Source of the DNA: Laetmonice hystrix
Lineage: Eukaryota
Assembly: GCA_965235115.1 (NCBI GenBank)
Contig: OZ249436.1
Coordinates: forward strand, 11,780,001 to 11,844,000
DNA length: 64,000 bases
Direction: 5' to 3'
How positions within the stretch are numbered: the first letter of the stretch is position 1; each line of letters begins with the position of its first letter. Made by a program: the position numbers and the translations under genes. The notes beneath the pieces are model-generated. The model was not told where the DNA came from and searched no databases. It saw only the letters and a list, made by a program, of their open reading frames with translations. Shown here in pieces: positions 1-11,547 of the stretch.

Positions 1-254
1 AATGCCGCGTGTCGCAATCGGGAAAAGCCTCGGTTGGGCTTTTTATCGCGCACATCATTTGACATGCGCCAAACATTGCATCCTGTCTGTTCCGAGTTTT
101 ATAAAGGAACATAGGCTGTCCTGTCTAATGTCTGTTTCATAAAAAAGAAATTTGTACATGGTACTCTAAAATTTGCCATTTAGAAATCACTCTTTTACTA
201 TTACCGGGTACTCACTTTCCGGGGTTAGCCCATAGCAATGGCTATATTTTTTAG

Positions 255-1779
255 AGTTATAGATGCTCACCCAGCCCTAGGTCAGGCTGCCATGATGGTC
301 GCTGCTGCAGTCAACGAAGAAGGTTCCAAAGAAAATGCACAGACTTCCCGATCAAGTAGAGGTACACATGATTAAGTTTCAACTCAAATGACTCAATAAA
401 TATACTTATAATCTCATCAGATGTCGATGGAAACTGAAGGTAAATTGACATTGTCAGATGTCAGGGGGCAGTATAATGGGCATCATCACATCTAATCTGG
501 CTGACTGGAGATTATAGAGATAGACTATCCATTCAGTGATAAAAGAGCTGCATATTTAAGTAACTGGTGTATAATTTCAGGAACGTATTCCTTGGACCAA
601 ATGTCCGATGATGAAGACATGGACGGGGCCCGGGCTAGTCTTGGGGCAGCAAGTATGGCATCAATCACAGCGTCGCAGCTAGCAGCAGCCATAGCAGCAG
701 CTGGGGGTGCTGGTCAGCAAGCAGCTTCTACAGCTGTGAGTATAACATTTCAATTCAAGTCAGACCTCATGTATCTCAACCTTGGACATATACACAGAGG
801 CTACGTATCAGTATTATAATGTCATGTCCAGCTGGTCATGTCATTTCAAGCAGTGATTGCAGACGACTCAGTGCGCAGTGACTGGTGCCACCTAGCAGGC
901 TTTGTGTGAACAAGTTTAGGGAAACCCTCATATTTCAGGTGTTCTTTAATGTTTTGATATTTTGGCTTCTGTTTTAAGTCATGCTTGTGTGTTATATTTA
1001 CTCTTAGACCCAAGGAAGCTCAAGCACTTCAGCCCAGCCTTCAACATCCTCATCCTCATCCAGCATGATTACCAGCGACTTTTTCCGTCAAGCCATCGCT
1101 GCTGCTGGTGGTTCATCCAACTCCAATCAGCCCTCTAGTGGCAGCACACCGAACCAGGATCAGCCGCCACATGTTCTACAGGTACAGTACTTATATTTTG
1201 AGTGATAATATATAATCCATCCCGTATCTTTAGCGTTGAATTTTGAGTTTTACTCGAAGCTTCAGTTTTGCAGAAACTGCAACTCAAAATACTGGGGTGT
1301 GTTTCACTAATGAAAGACGTCTTTAGCAAAGACGTCTTTGGAAAGGCGAGGCCCATATTAAAGAATAGGAGGTTAGTGACACCCCCTTCGCCACAAAGAC
1401 CTCTTTGGCTCAGCGACCATTTCAAAGACGTCTTTCAGACTTAGTGAAACGCACCCCAGAATGCTGAATCGTAAGGAAAAAGACTATATTTAGATGAATA
1501 GTAGTTGTAAACACTGTGCGTTGAATAAGGTTATGACAACAGTAGTAACACACCATTTCCATAGCAGTCATCTTTGGAGGGACATTATGTACGTAATCAG
1601 TAGATCTGCAGAATTTTGATTGAAGTGAATTCATGTACATATAACCTTTGCAGGCACAGCTGGAACAACTTCGAGACATGGGAATTACTAATGAAGTTGT
1701 GGCGCGCAGTGCGCTCCAAGCCACAGAGGGTAACCTGGAGGCAGCAATCGAACTTCTCTTCTCTGATGGTGGCTTCTAA
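255..1779 (+). CDS. UBL7: Ubiquitin-like protein 7 (UBL7/BMSC-UbP), last four coding exons; 5' part lies outside the window
   Basis: Exons 255-361, 581-735, 1008-1181, 1654-1779, all AG/GT bounded and phase-compatible. Peptides VIDAHPALGQAAMMVAAAV, SDDEDMD, ITASQLAAAIAAA, ITSDFFRQAIAAA and the C-terminal UBA domain QLEQLRDMGITNEVVARSALQATEGNLEAAIELLF match the motif order I recall for UBL7. Confidence 0.88.
1292..1459. mobile_element. MITE with ~19-bp terminal inverted repeats (PIF/Harbinger-like), in the last UBL7 intron
   Basis: CTGGGGTGTGTTTCACTAA at 1292 versus TTAGTGAAACGCACCCCAG ending at 1459 (1 mismatch). Internal repeated palindrome AAAGACGTCTTT. Confidence 0.65.
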
Positions 1780-2017
1780 ATATTCACATATACAAAAAAA
1801 TATTTATTATAGCGACGTATATTGGAATACCTAACGTGTTGACATTAATTTTTGTTTTTGGTTGTACCTGGGCCTTATTCTGGACAGGGAAAATGAGAAA
1901 ACAGTCTTGGTGTGATGCCATATTGTAGTAATTTGTACACGATCCTTACTACTGGGACATGCTTCACAAGCTGAAGATGAGTTTGTCCATAGATGCCATT
2001 CTTTGCATATTGGGTAC

Positions 2018-2078
2018 AATAAAGTTGTGAGAATTTGTTCAATATAATAATGCTGGGCTTTGAATCCTTTAGTTTATT
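2018..2078. terminator. Back-to-back polyadenylation signals of the convergent UBL7 (+) and SLC46-like (-) genes
   Basis: AATAAA at 2018-2023 on + and TTTATT at 2073-2078 (AATAAA on -), lying between the two stop codons (1779 and 2270). Confidence 0.45.
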
Positions 2079-2269
2079 GCAAAACATCAAGAAAACTAAA
2101 AACACGAGCAGTAGATTACATTATCAAATTTATTCCATAAATCCTCGTGTGCTGAACATTTTCAAGTTGTCGTTGTGTATCACAGAGTTGAAAGCATTGA
2201 CCATGGCTTGTAGACTGAACAGTTTCAGTGTACATATATCACATGTATAGTCCAGGAAAGTATTGCACA

Positions 2270-3865
2270 TTACTTGACATTATTCGTTTCTTTGCATAGT
2301 GACTGCATGTTCCCACCATTTTGGACACCCACTATTTCAGACTCATTTGTATCTCCGTCATGATCATCCTCATTGTCTGAAATGACGGCAATGACCGGTG
2401 GGTCCTGTTCTGTGCCATATCGTGTGAAGGGCTTTATGTCCTGACTGAGAGAGCTGCCCCTACCGTGGCGCCATCTAGACATCACATCGGGTGACACAGC
2501 GACAACTCCCAACATGAAAATGAAACAAACGCCGGCAAGAAGGAAGAATGTGAAACCAGGCAGCATATTCAAGGATGACAAGTAGATTCCGTTAAATACA
2601 AGGGCTCCGATCATAGTGAAGACAGTCTCTACTGCCATTAACAGAGAGAACGCTCTGTTGATTTCATCCTGTCTAACAAGCTTAGAGAGGAGCCCACGGA
2701 GTGCAGTAAGGGCGCTGATCCCGTTACCGAGGACGACCAGAGAAAGGAACACCATCCAACTGTGTACGCTGAACCCGAAAAGGACATATGCTGCCGTTAA
2801 GGACGCAAGTCCTTGAATGAGGATGATTACATCATGCATGCCAATGATTCTTGAAAGAAGAGGCATAATCAGAATGCCGCAGATCCCTTCACTGGTGAAA
2901 TAGGCAGCCATTCCATACGCATAAAGAGAGCCGTTCCACAGCAGAGGTTGACGCTTCACAAACAAAGCAAACAGGTCCCACTGCCCTCCTCTGCAGAGCG
3001 CCAAACTCGCACCCAGTGCCAGGTAAAATGCCATGTAAATTTTACCCTTATTGCAGCGGGGATTACTAAAGAAGTCCTTCCACTCAGCCAGAGACCGCGC
3101 ACGAGGGATGTTGGCAATGGCGAGTGTGTCCTCAGAATTAGAAGGTGACTGTTTGGTTTCTGTCGGCCGGTTCACATCCACATCAAAATCTACCGGGGTC
3201 TCTTCCTTGAGCAGAGCTATAGACGCGATGAGGGAAAGCGACGTAACTCCCACATACACACAGAATATGACGGCAAAATTGGTGAACTGCAGCAGAACTC
3301 CGACGAGCACGTTGCCTAGCAACCGTCCAAGGAAATTCATTGTTAGTAGGATATACATGCGGTGGACCTTCGTTCTCTCTGTCGTGATTTCAGCAACGTA
3401 GCTTTGAATGCCCATATGAACGACAGCCACGTGGCCCGACATGCCGCACACTGCGCCTCCCGTTAGAACAAGTTGAATGGCATGAACTGGAGTTAAGATT
3501 GTGGCTGTCAGAAAGCAGAGACCTCCCATGATAATACCGACTTTTGACAGCACAATCGGAAGTTTTCGTCCGACGCGATCACTCCAGGCACCACAGAGTA
3601 GCATGACGATGATGGCGGGTAGGTAAGTAACTAGGCGGTAACAGAGCAGGTAGGTTGCCGCCAGTTTCTGCGTCCTGATCGTCTGCTCAGCTTCCAGCCC
3701 CGCCTCGGCAGCCGTCTCCGAGGCACAGACCGACTCGTCGTAACCATGAGCATTGGTTGTAAGGAGACAGCTGGTCGAGTAGATGAACACTTGTATGGCC
3801 ACCATCGATAGCGAGTCTCCAACGTTGAAGAGCAGGAGGATGATTTCAGGCGTTGGGTTAATCAT
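2270..3865 (-). CDS. SLC46-family MFS transporter (proton-coupled folate transporter / SLC46A3-like), 531 aa, single coding exon
   Basis: Uninterrupted ORF with about 12 hydrophobic segments, GAWSDRVGRK motif A, YVAEIT motif, LRGLLSKLVRQDEINRAFS in the C-half and an acidic tail. A splice acceptor near 3946 suggests a 5'UTR intron. Confidence 0.88.
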   Translation of the reverse strand: MINPTPEIILLLFNVGDSLSMVAIQVFIYSTSCLLTTNAHGYDESVCASETAAEAGLEAEQTIRTQKLAATYLLCYRLVTYLPAIIVMLLCGAWSDRVGRKLPIVLSKVGIIMGGLCFLTATILTPVHAIQLVLTGGAVCGMSGHVAVVHMGIQSYVAEITTERTKVHRMYILLTMNFLGRLLGNVLVGVLLQFTNFAVIFCVYVGVTSLSLIASIALLKEETPVDFDVDVNRPTETKQSPSNSEDTLAIANIPRARSLAEWKDFFSNPRCNKGKIYMAFYLALGASLALCRGGQWDLFALFVKRQPLLWNGSLYAYGMAAYFTSEGICGILIMPLLSRIIGMHDVIILIQGLASLTAAYVLFGFSVHSWMVFLSLVVLGNGISALTALRGLLSKLVRQDEINRAFSLLMAVETVFTMIGALVFNGIYLSSLNMLPGFTFFLLAGVCFIFMLGVVAVSPDVMSRWRHGRGSSLSQDIKPFTRYGTEQDPPVIAVISDNEDDHDGDTNESEIVGVQNGGNMQSLCKETNNVK

Positions 3866-5848
3866 GGCTCCGGTTCGTTACGGCAAGAGTCGCAGAATGA
3901 ATTCCAATATGATAGCAAAGTCCCCGTTCCGTCGCGAAGCAGTCTGAAAATAATTAAAGGCAACATATGTTCACATCCATGACGTTTACATCTGGAATCA
4001 TCTATTTATAAACATGACAGCCAACATGTTGCGGGGAATGTCCACCTGCTTAGTGTAATCCGAACAGTAAGCCAATACACACATAGAGTTCATAGAAGAT
4101 CATAACACGACTGCAGCAGAACTGATCCTATGCGAAATTAAAATGTTAGGCTAGCCAGTTTAAAGGCCTAAAGGCTTGTGCATTGAACAATTATAAGTGT
4201 CTGCCCTTTTGCGCAGGATAGGTACAATTACAAAGGATTTCATTCCCAGATATCTACGAGTTCGATAAGTTGCTTGGCACAATCACGTACATTGTATCTG
4301 CAAATGTTTCGGACCTAACAGCTTTCTCTTCCCCCACTCTACTAACATGAAACCAAATCTGAAGAATTTCCGACCTACCTATCAATCGAACCTGCCTAGA
4401 GTCAGACCACGGATCTCGACATTCCTGGTGTTGTTTCTTTATCCGGCGTATTGGCGCAGGTCTATGGCAGTCAGTCGACAATATAAGTTACCACAGGTGG
4501 TGGTGGCGAGTCTGGACTCGACTGTGGCCAGTTTACATGGCCCAAACGTACAGTCTGGGCTCGGCCAGGCCCAGGTGGCACAGATCGGGAGTCCAAGTGA
4601 CATGTTCTCCGAACTACCAGCTGTGACTCGCTGCTGCCCATTGTGACGGCCGACCGACCGACATCAAGTGCCACGAGAGAAGGGATTATGTACAGGCCTA
4701 TACAAGGTCCCAGGTGGTTGCCTATTGCTCTCACGTTTCCGCGCCTAGCGGTGCAATGTCTAGCTACTCCGTTGAAAAGGTGACACAACAGGGGCGGCCC
4801 ACAGGCAAGGGCTATGGTGGGATCGGTATGGAGACTAGTTATTGGCAGTAGCTGTCGAACAGATCATATTGGGGGGGGGGGTTGCTTGAGGTATAGTGGA
4901 ACGTCAATGTATCATATAGATACAAAAACAGATCTAGGATTATCATTATTAATAATATGGCATAAAAAATCTACAAATGGAGCCTGCATAACAATAAATG
5001 GGATTTCTTTTTAACTACACACAGCTGGCATTTAATTCCAAAAGTCAAATGCGCCTCATTTAATAGGGACTTAAAAAGAGAAGGATAAATGCCCCCATCA
5101 GAGCCGCGTTGTGTCGTAATTAATGTAGATATACACTATAATGTTCCTGTGCGAATACAAAATTACAACCGGATTGCGTACCAACAAGATTATGAAGGCG
5201 AATAATAAACAAAGGGTGACCACGACACACGGAAAACAAGGAAAATTACCCCAAAAAAATTCCTGCAGGGAAAATATTTCTTAAAATCACCAAACCACAG
5301 GGGAGTGGGATTGACCGCCAAGAAAAAAAAATAGGCAGATCTTGTGTAGCGTTCAAATGATTCTGATCTGATTCAGGATGGCTGCCTGGTCGCTACATTT
5401 GACAAGTGAACATAACATTATAATATTATGTAACTCTCGGTCACAAATAATGTGTTTTGGCTGAGCAATCCTGTAAATAACTTTTGAAAGGTAGCATTTC
5501 TCTCCTTGCCTTGTTTTGAGCGCCGTCAGTATTAAAGTAAAGTAAAAAAGAATGGACATGATCCCGTTATGTTTGTTGTCTCTAAAGGTCGAATAAGTTC
5601 CACACATAGTTTCGGTGCACTGCATGACTTGAAGGGGACGTTATGCCGACCAGGTTTCATTTATACCATACTTTTGATCACGAGTTGTCTTTTGTAAAGT
5701 CAAGTTTGCACTTTGCTTTTTGATCCCCACACATGGCATTTGACCATGGCAATATATGGCATTCTATGAGAACCATGTCTCGCCATCAAGCTACACTCGT
5801 CTGGATGTTAAATACAATTTCATCCTAGACCCATCAGATACGTTCCGA

Positions 5849-6064
5849 TACTGTATAACAAGTAATTTTAACGAGGTATTTAATTTAGCGATTCGCTATT
5901 TTCGCTAACAATAGTTGCCGCTAAATTTTAACCATAAAGCCTTCCATACGGTAGGCTATAGGCCTAGTACTAATTCTCAAATCGCTAAAAGTTGTACCTG
6001 CTAAATAGTCCATATTGAAAATTCGCTAAATTTTATACCCGCTGAACTAAACTGTTACACAGTA
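5849..6064. mobile_element. MITE with TACTGT(A/G)TAAC termini and internal repeated (T)CGCTAA motifs
   Basis: TACTGTATAAC at 5849 versus GTTACACAGTA ending at 6064; TA at both ends. Confidence 0.55.
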
Positions 6065-6558
6065 CTTTCCGATTGTACCAATCACACTGAATGCCAGGTA
6101 AAGGGGACTCTCGCATAATCAACGCTTCCACCATTCTGCTTCAAATGGTGCCATCACACAGGCCACCTAGCGGGAAAGCAGAGATTCTGCATGTTTCCAC
6201 GGCACTATCGGAGGCCACTGCCACCAGAGGGCCAATACACATACGTCCTCCACCGTCCTTCATTACAAATCCATGACGTGCGGACAAATGTCTTGATTTT
6301 TCCTCTTTTATTATTCTTTTGGCTCTGGAACAAATGACACAATAGACATGGCAAAGGGGATAGCCTACGTTCTGCTCTAGGCTACTGAGCAATATCTAGT
6401 TTCAGTGTAGGCAATTGGGGTATTCCGATCTAGGATTTCTCTGAGTCTTTACAATAGGCCTACTGTAGTTCGGAATATTTCGCCTAAAAAGAGAGCACAC
6501 ACTAAAATCTTGTCTTCATCCTTCCTTGCCACCCCCGAATCCGGGCCCGGTAGGCTTA

Positions 6559-7410
6559 TATCGGGTGGATAAAAAAAACGCCCTGAACTTTAAACTTCAA
6601 TATCTCAAAAAGTAATGATTGTAATTCAATGAAATTTCTCTTAATATCACTTCATGATGTTGTCACTTAGTTGTTAATGTTACAACTCAATAGTTCGGAT
6701 AATGTTTCCGTGGCGCTAAAAACAAAAATCATTGTACAAAAGCGCAATGCCGGGCTAAAACGAGTTGTAGTCGCACCCAGAGTCCCTGGCCTCACACTAG
6801 AGTAGGTGGTCAATCGGTCTCCCGTTTTCACTTCATACTGCTCTCAGTCTCTTTTTCCATGAGCCAATGCACTTCCTGATCTCTGAGAGGGAAATATCTT
6901 CCCAACATTGGGAAATACACAACGTTCTGAACGTGTTGCTAAACGTGATATTGATACGATTTCCCTTGAACTTCCGGTTACAGTCATATATCGTCCTAAT
7001 GTTGCAGTTTCTCTGTAGGGTTTGGCACATTAAACATCTGGTTTTCTCTAGAAGTACTAGGAATAGCACATAATTTATTATATCTAAGTGGTCCACAACA
7101 TTATACATATTGTAAAACATGTAAAAACTAAATATTATTATTTTTTTACCCAATGCGGTGCATCAAACAGGTGTCAAATTGGATACCTGGCAGCTGCATG
7201 ATATTTGACCTAATTCCGGCATTGCGCTTTTAGACAATGATTTTTGTTTTTAACGCCACGGGATTATTATAAAAGCTATGGAGCTGAGACTTTAACATAC
7301 CAGAGATAATATCATGAAGTGATATTAAGAGAAATTTTATGGAATTATAGTACATAGTTTTTGAAATATTAAAGTTTAAAGTTCGGGGCGTTTTTTTATC
7401 CACCCGTTAT
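6559..7410 (-). mobile_element. Degenerate Tc1/mariner-type element with ~100-bp TIRs and a transposase C-terminal remnant
   Basis: CGGGTGGATAAAAAAAACGCCC...ATATCACTTCATGAT (from ~6562) is mirrored at ~7311-7406 and flanked by TA runs. The minus strand reads CWEDISLSEIRKCIGSWKKRLRAV*SENGRPIDHLL*, resembling a Tc1-family C-terminus with an in-frame stop. Confidence 0.65.
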
Positions 7411-8729
7411 ATATAGGCATAGGTCTTATATAATTATGCAGTCATTTGGAGGGAAACTACATGGTAATGTTTATGTTTATGTGCGTGGGCATTGGCGGAG
7501 AGGGGTCACGGTTCATTGGCTTCTAGGCCTATTGTCCACGGGACTATCGATAAATGTACCTCTGTTTGTTTTCCCTACAAAATATGTCACCTGCATAACC
7601 TCTATATGTGCTGGCAGAGGTAAGGCAAGTGGGTCAGGTCACCTGGGAGGCGAGAAGACGATATGGCCGCGCAACGCTTTACGACATGAAGCGTTAATTA
7701 ACCCCAAACTGACACCACCATCTGTTACATTCTAAGTAGATGTGGTTGCATTCTGGTACCCAGTCTGCCAGTCTCGCAGTAAACTCGTGTCCGTTGGGCC
7801 TATATTGTATTATTTTTTTTATATAAAACGATTGAATTAGTTAATTTTTCATCACATAGGCCCTACGAATACACTTTTGGATTGAAATTTTTGTTTGAAA
7901 TCTTTCTCTTGACTATTATAATATTATGCATAAGGATTTGGCAGCTCCAAATTACCATGGATCGAAGTTACTTTTCAAACTGATTGACCCGATGTTCACA
8001 GGGCTGAACGGGGGGAAAACTGGGGCATCACTTCTTTAAAAAGGCCAACCACTACTCCGACCTGACGTACACTGCATTACCAACAAACAAACATCAAAGG
8101 CACCGAAGCGCAACACATGGACAGTTACTGTAGGCCTACCCCAAACTGAGTTGAGCTACAGGACTATCCTATACTTGTCACGGCTTTGTGGGCACTGGGT
8201 GGGCCTACCAATTACGTCAAAGTTCCATACAGCTTTATGTATGTACATATATAGAAAAAGGTACAAAACGAGGTGCTGATTGCCCAATGTAGCCTTTATT
8301 GACAAAAGAACGATACTTGGACATTCTAATAATAACTTATACACCGCTAACAATCCCTTCATGCCTCCCAAGCAAAAATCTGAATTATTATGATTATCAT
8401 TGACTCTGCACGAGTAAATGTAGGCCTAGATCTATACGTGGAGTATTTTAACAGATGTATGCTCGCAACTCTTTCAATGGACATACTGTTTGTCCCCAGG
8501 AAACCATCTGTGTTTCTGAAACCCGTGCATCTCCCTCGCAATGACGGAGATTTCAAATCACCGAATCCAAATGCCTCACTGGAATGTGTACAAGGTAGAA
8601 ATCAAGCCACACAGGCTTTGTCTTACACAGAAGGCATAGTCTACGTTATCGCTCTTGCATAAAGCATTCAGGCTGGTCCTGTGCATGCCAACGACCCGTC
8701 TTGAGTCTTACTTCAACTGTTCATAACAA

Positions 8730-9325
8730 AAGGGCGTTTCAATTTGCACGTTTCCAATCTCCAATTCCGTTTTTAGAACGCGGATGCCTATAGTTGTTAG
8801 GAGAGTGTGTTCCATGTCAACGTTTCGTTGACCAATTCCGTTTTCTGATTCTCAAACGATATGGGGAGTGACTGGAAATCAAACGGACGGCAAAAGGACG
8901 ACTAAATGTATAGTACCACAGATGTCCGCGAGGTGAAACGGGAATATAGGCCTATGTGATGAGGGAGGCACCCTACATGTGACGTGAATTTTATTACGAA
9001 TTGACACGAAGAATGTTGTCAAGGATGTGGGGACATGGCTGGAGCAGCCAGACCAGCCAAAAATTAAACCATCATAAAGAAAAATAAATAAGCGTCCGTA
9101 AAGATGCACCTTGATTTAACTTTCATTTAAGTTTGGAAAACACAATTCCATAGGATATGCTGTAGAAGGTATGTTAATGAAAAATTGCCACTAGTTGAGG
9201 TGAAACGGACACATGGAAACGAGTCCAGTGTATCTGTTCCTCAAAACGGAACCGTAAAACGGAATCGTAGAACGGAATCGTAGAACGGAAATGGATAAAG
9301 GAAACTTGCATATGGAAATGGGCCT
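8730..9325. mobile_element. Old non-autonomous TIR element (divergent GGGC-type TIRs)
   Basis: AAGGGCGTTTCAATTTGCACGTTTCC...TTCCGTT at the left aligns imperfectly with the reverse complement of AACGGAAATGGATAAAGGAAACTTGCATATGGAAATGGGCCTT at the right. Confidence 0.45.
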
Positions 9326-10744
9326 TTAGAACCAACATCGACAAAGCGTGTCCACACTTTGATAAAGGAACCGACCGTGATTTAGATTAACCTTTCCTCT
9401 CCACTTGATACATTGTACAGGGTAAAAACAGAAGACCATAACAACATGCCAGATGGGAAATATAATCAAAGCTAAAGCAATATATAACAAGCAGTCTTTT
9501 CGGATTAATCCATTGGAAATGTTACATTCTCTTTGCAAGAAAAATCCTAAAAACACACCTTAAAATAGTTCTTGTTATATTATATACATCTGGTAGTGTA
9601 AAATGGGAGAAAATAACCTACATAGGGCGTGGGTAGTAAAGCTTGAAATAGCAACACTATATCGTGCACTTCATAACATAAATATTCAGTATAATATTAA
9701 ACTAATGGTAGGCCCATTAATACCGTATCAATTCTAGTTCTGACGAGTCCACCCCTCCGTACAGAGGGTGTTGCAGAAACACTATAGGCCATTCCTGCGT
9801 GGTGCTCCTAAATAATTAACATACAAGATTAATTAATAATCTACGATTTTAACATCTCCTGCCCAATCTCAGATCGAGAACCCCATAATCAAGTAGAGCT
9901 GATGTTTTGCATCTATATACCGGTAATGAGATTCATCTCACAACAGTAAAATATTCTGAATTAGTACACAGGGTGTTCCAAAATATAGGTACACATTTCA
10001 ATTATGAAATAAAATATGTATGTATTTTGTGAAAACCCTGTATTTCGAGTATTTTCCCAAATAGACTTCAAATCTATAGGATCCCAATGTACATTATACA
10101 TATTATAGATATGGCACATATATGCAAGCCCAGTGTAAGACAGGGCACAAAACACACAGATACACTTTGGTATAGAATATATATACACATTATTTTCAAT
10201 TACATCTACGTATATAATATTAACACCAGAACTTTTGCATACCATTTTCACATACGACTTTTTTCATTTATAAAATGGACTTTATACGAATCCACTTGGC
10301 ATCATCAGAATTCATCGCCACATTGTCCAAATACATATTTTAATCACGGGTATTTTTATTTGACCATATTTGTAGCTTGGCCTAAATAGTGTTGTGTACC
10401 TATAAGGATGACCGTACGATGACCAAGTACTGTTCAGTTCTATTTCGTCAACCTATATTTCTCAACGAAATGGTCTTTTAGACTTAACTGCCGAACAACA
10501 CACAGGCCTAGCCTACTGTGTACCGTATACGTTAAAATTACAACCTGATTATAGAGCGGCTAAACATGACGCGGTCATATACCTGGGACTGATAACACTG
10601 TGATCGCAAGGTAATGCATGCGAAACGATCGAGTGCAATCCCATGTTATGTATAACGACAAGAGAAAAAAACACCCTTTTCTCAATTTTTACGTCTCGCT
10701 TCCACGCACTCTTATTATCTTGATCTCTTTCCCTTTTTGCTTAT

Positions 10745-10899
10745 AGGATGACTTGATATCTATACGAGATATCAAAGGATGACTTGATATCTATACGAGA
10801 TATCATAGGATGACTTGATATCTATACGAGATATCAAAGGATGACTTGATATCTATACGAGATATCATAGGATGACTTGATATCTATACGAGATATCAA
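10745..10899. repeat. 31-bp tandem repeat x5, each unit containing a hairpin
   Basis: Unit AGGATGACTTGATATCTATACGAGATATCA(A/T); stem TGATATCT/AGATATCA; the last base alternates A,T,A,T,A. Confidence 0.95.
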
Positions 10900-11009
10900 A
10901 GTATCCGCCTCATAATCCGCCAGGTTCTTCAGTTTAATGTCCCGTGCATGGCCTATGTAAATCCCTTTAATCAAAGTATCATGATCGCGTGGCAGCTTAC
11001 ATATATTTT

Positions 11010-11547
11010 ATAGGTCTGTGTATAATTTGACCTTTTATAACCCCATGGCTACGAGAAGCAGTGGCGTTATGATCACATTGCACAATGTCAAAGCCACCCC
11101 GTTCCCACATAGGTCTGTGTATAGTTTGATCTTTTATAAACCCATGTACGAGAAGCAGTGGCGTTATGATCACATTGCACAATGTCAACGCCACCCCGTT
11201 CCCACATAGGTCTGTGTATAGTTTGATCTTTTATAAACCCATGGCTACGAGAAGCAGTGGCGTTATGATCACATTGCACAATGTCAAAGCCACCATGGCT
11301 ACGAGAAGCAGTGGCGTTATGATCACATTGCACAATGTCAAAGCCACCCCGTTCCCACATAGGTCTGTGTATAATTTGATCTTTTATAAACCCATGGCTA
11401 CGAGAAGCAGAGGCGTTATGATCACATTGCACAATGTCAAAGCCACCCCGTTCCCACATAGGTCTGTGTATAATTTGATCTTTTATAAACCCATGGCTAC
11501 GAGAAGCAGTGGCGTTATGATCACATTGCACAATGTCAAGGCCACCG
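11010..11547. repeat. ~99-bp minisatellite, about 5.5 copies with one internal partial unit
   Basis: Unit TAGGTCTGTGTAT...CCATGGCTACGAGAAGCAGTGGCGTTATGATCACATTGCACAATGTCAAAGCCACCCCGTTCCCACA recurs at ~11011, 11110, 11207, 11360, 11459. Confidence 0.92.

Noticed and set aside
2616-3822. Short ORFs overlapping the SLC46-like CDS, and similar antisense ORFs over GLUT, GPCR and nAChR exons
   Set aside because: Shadow frames of genuine coding exons.
9966-10400. Possible Tc1-like element starting TACACAGGGTGTTCCAAAATATAGGTACAC
   Set aside because: The matching right TIR is too degraded to define the element with confidence.
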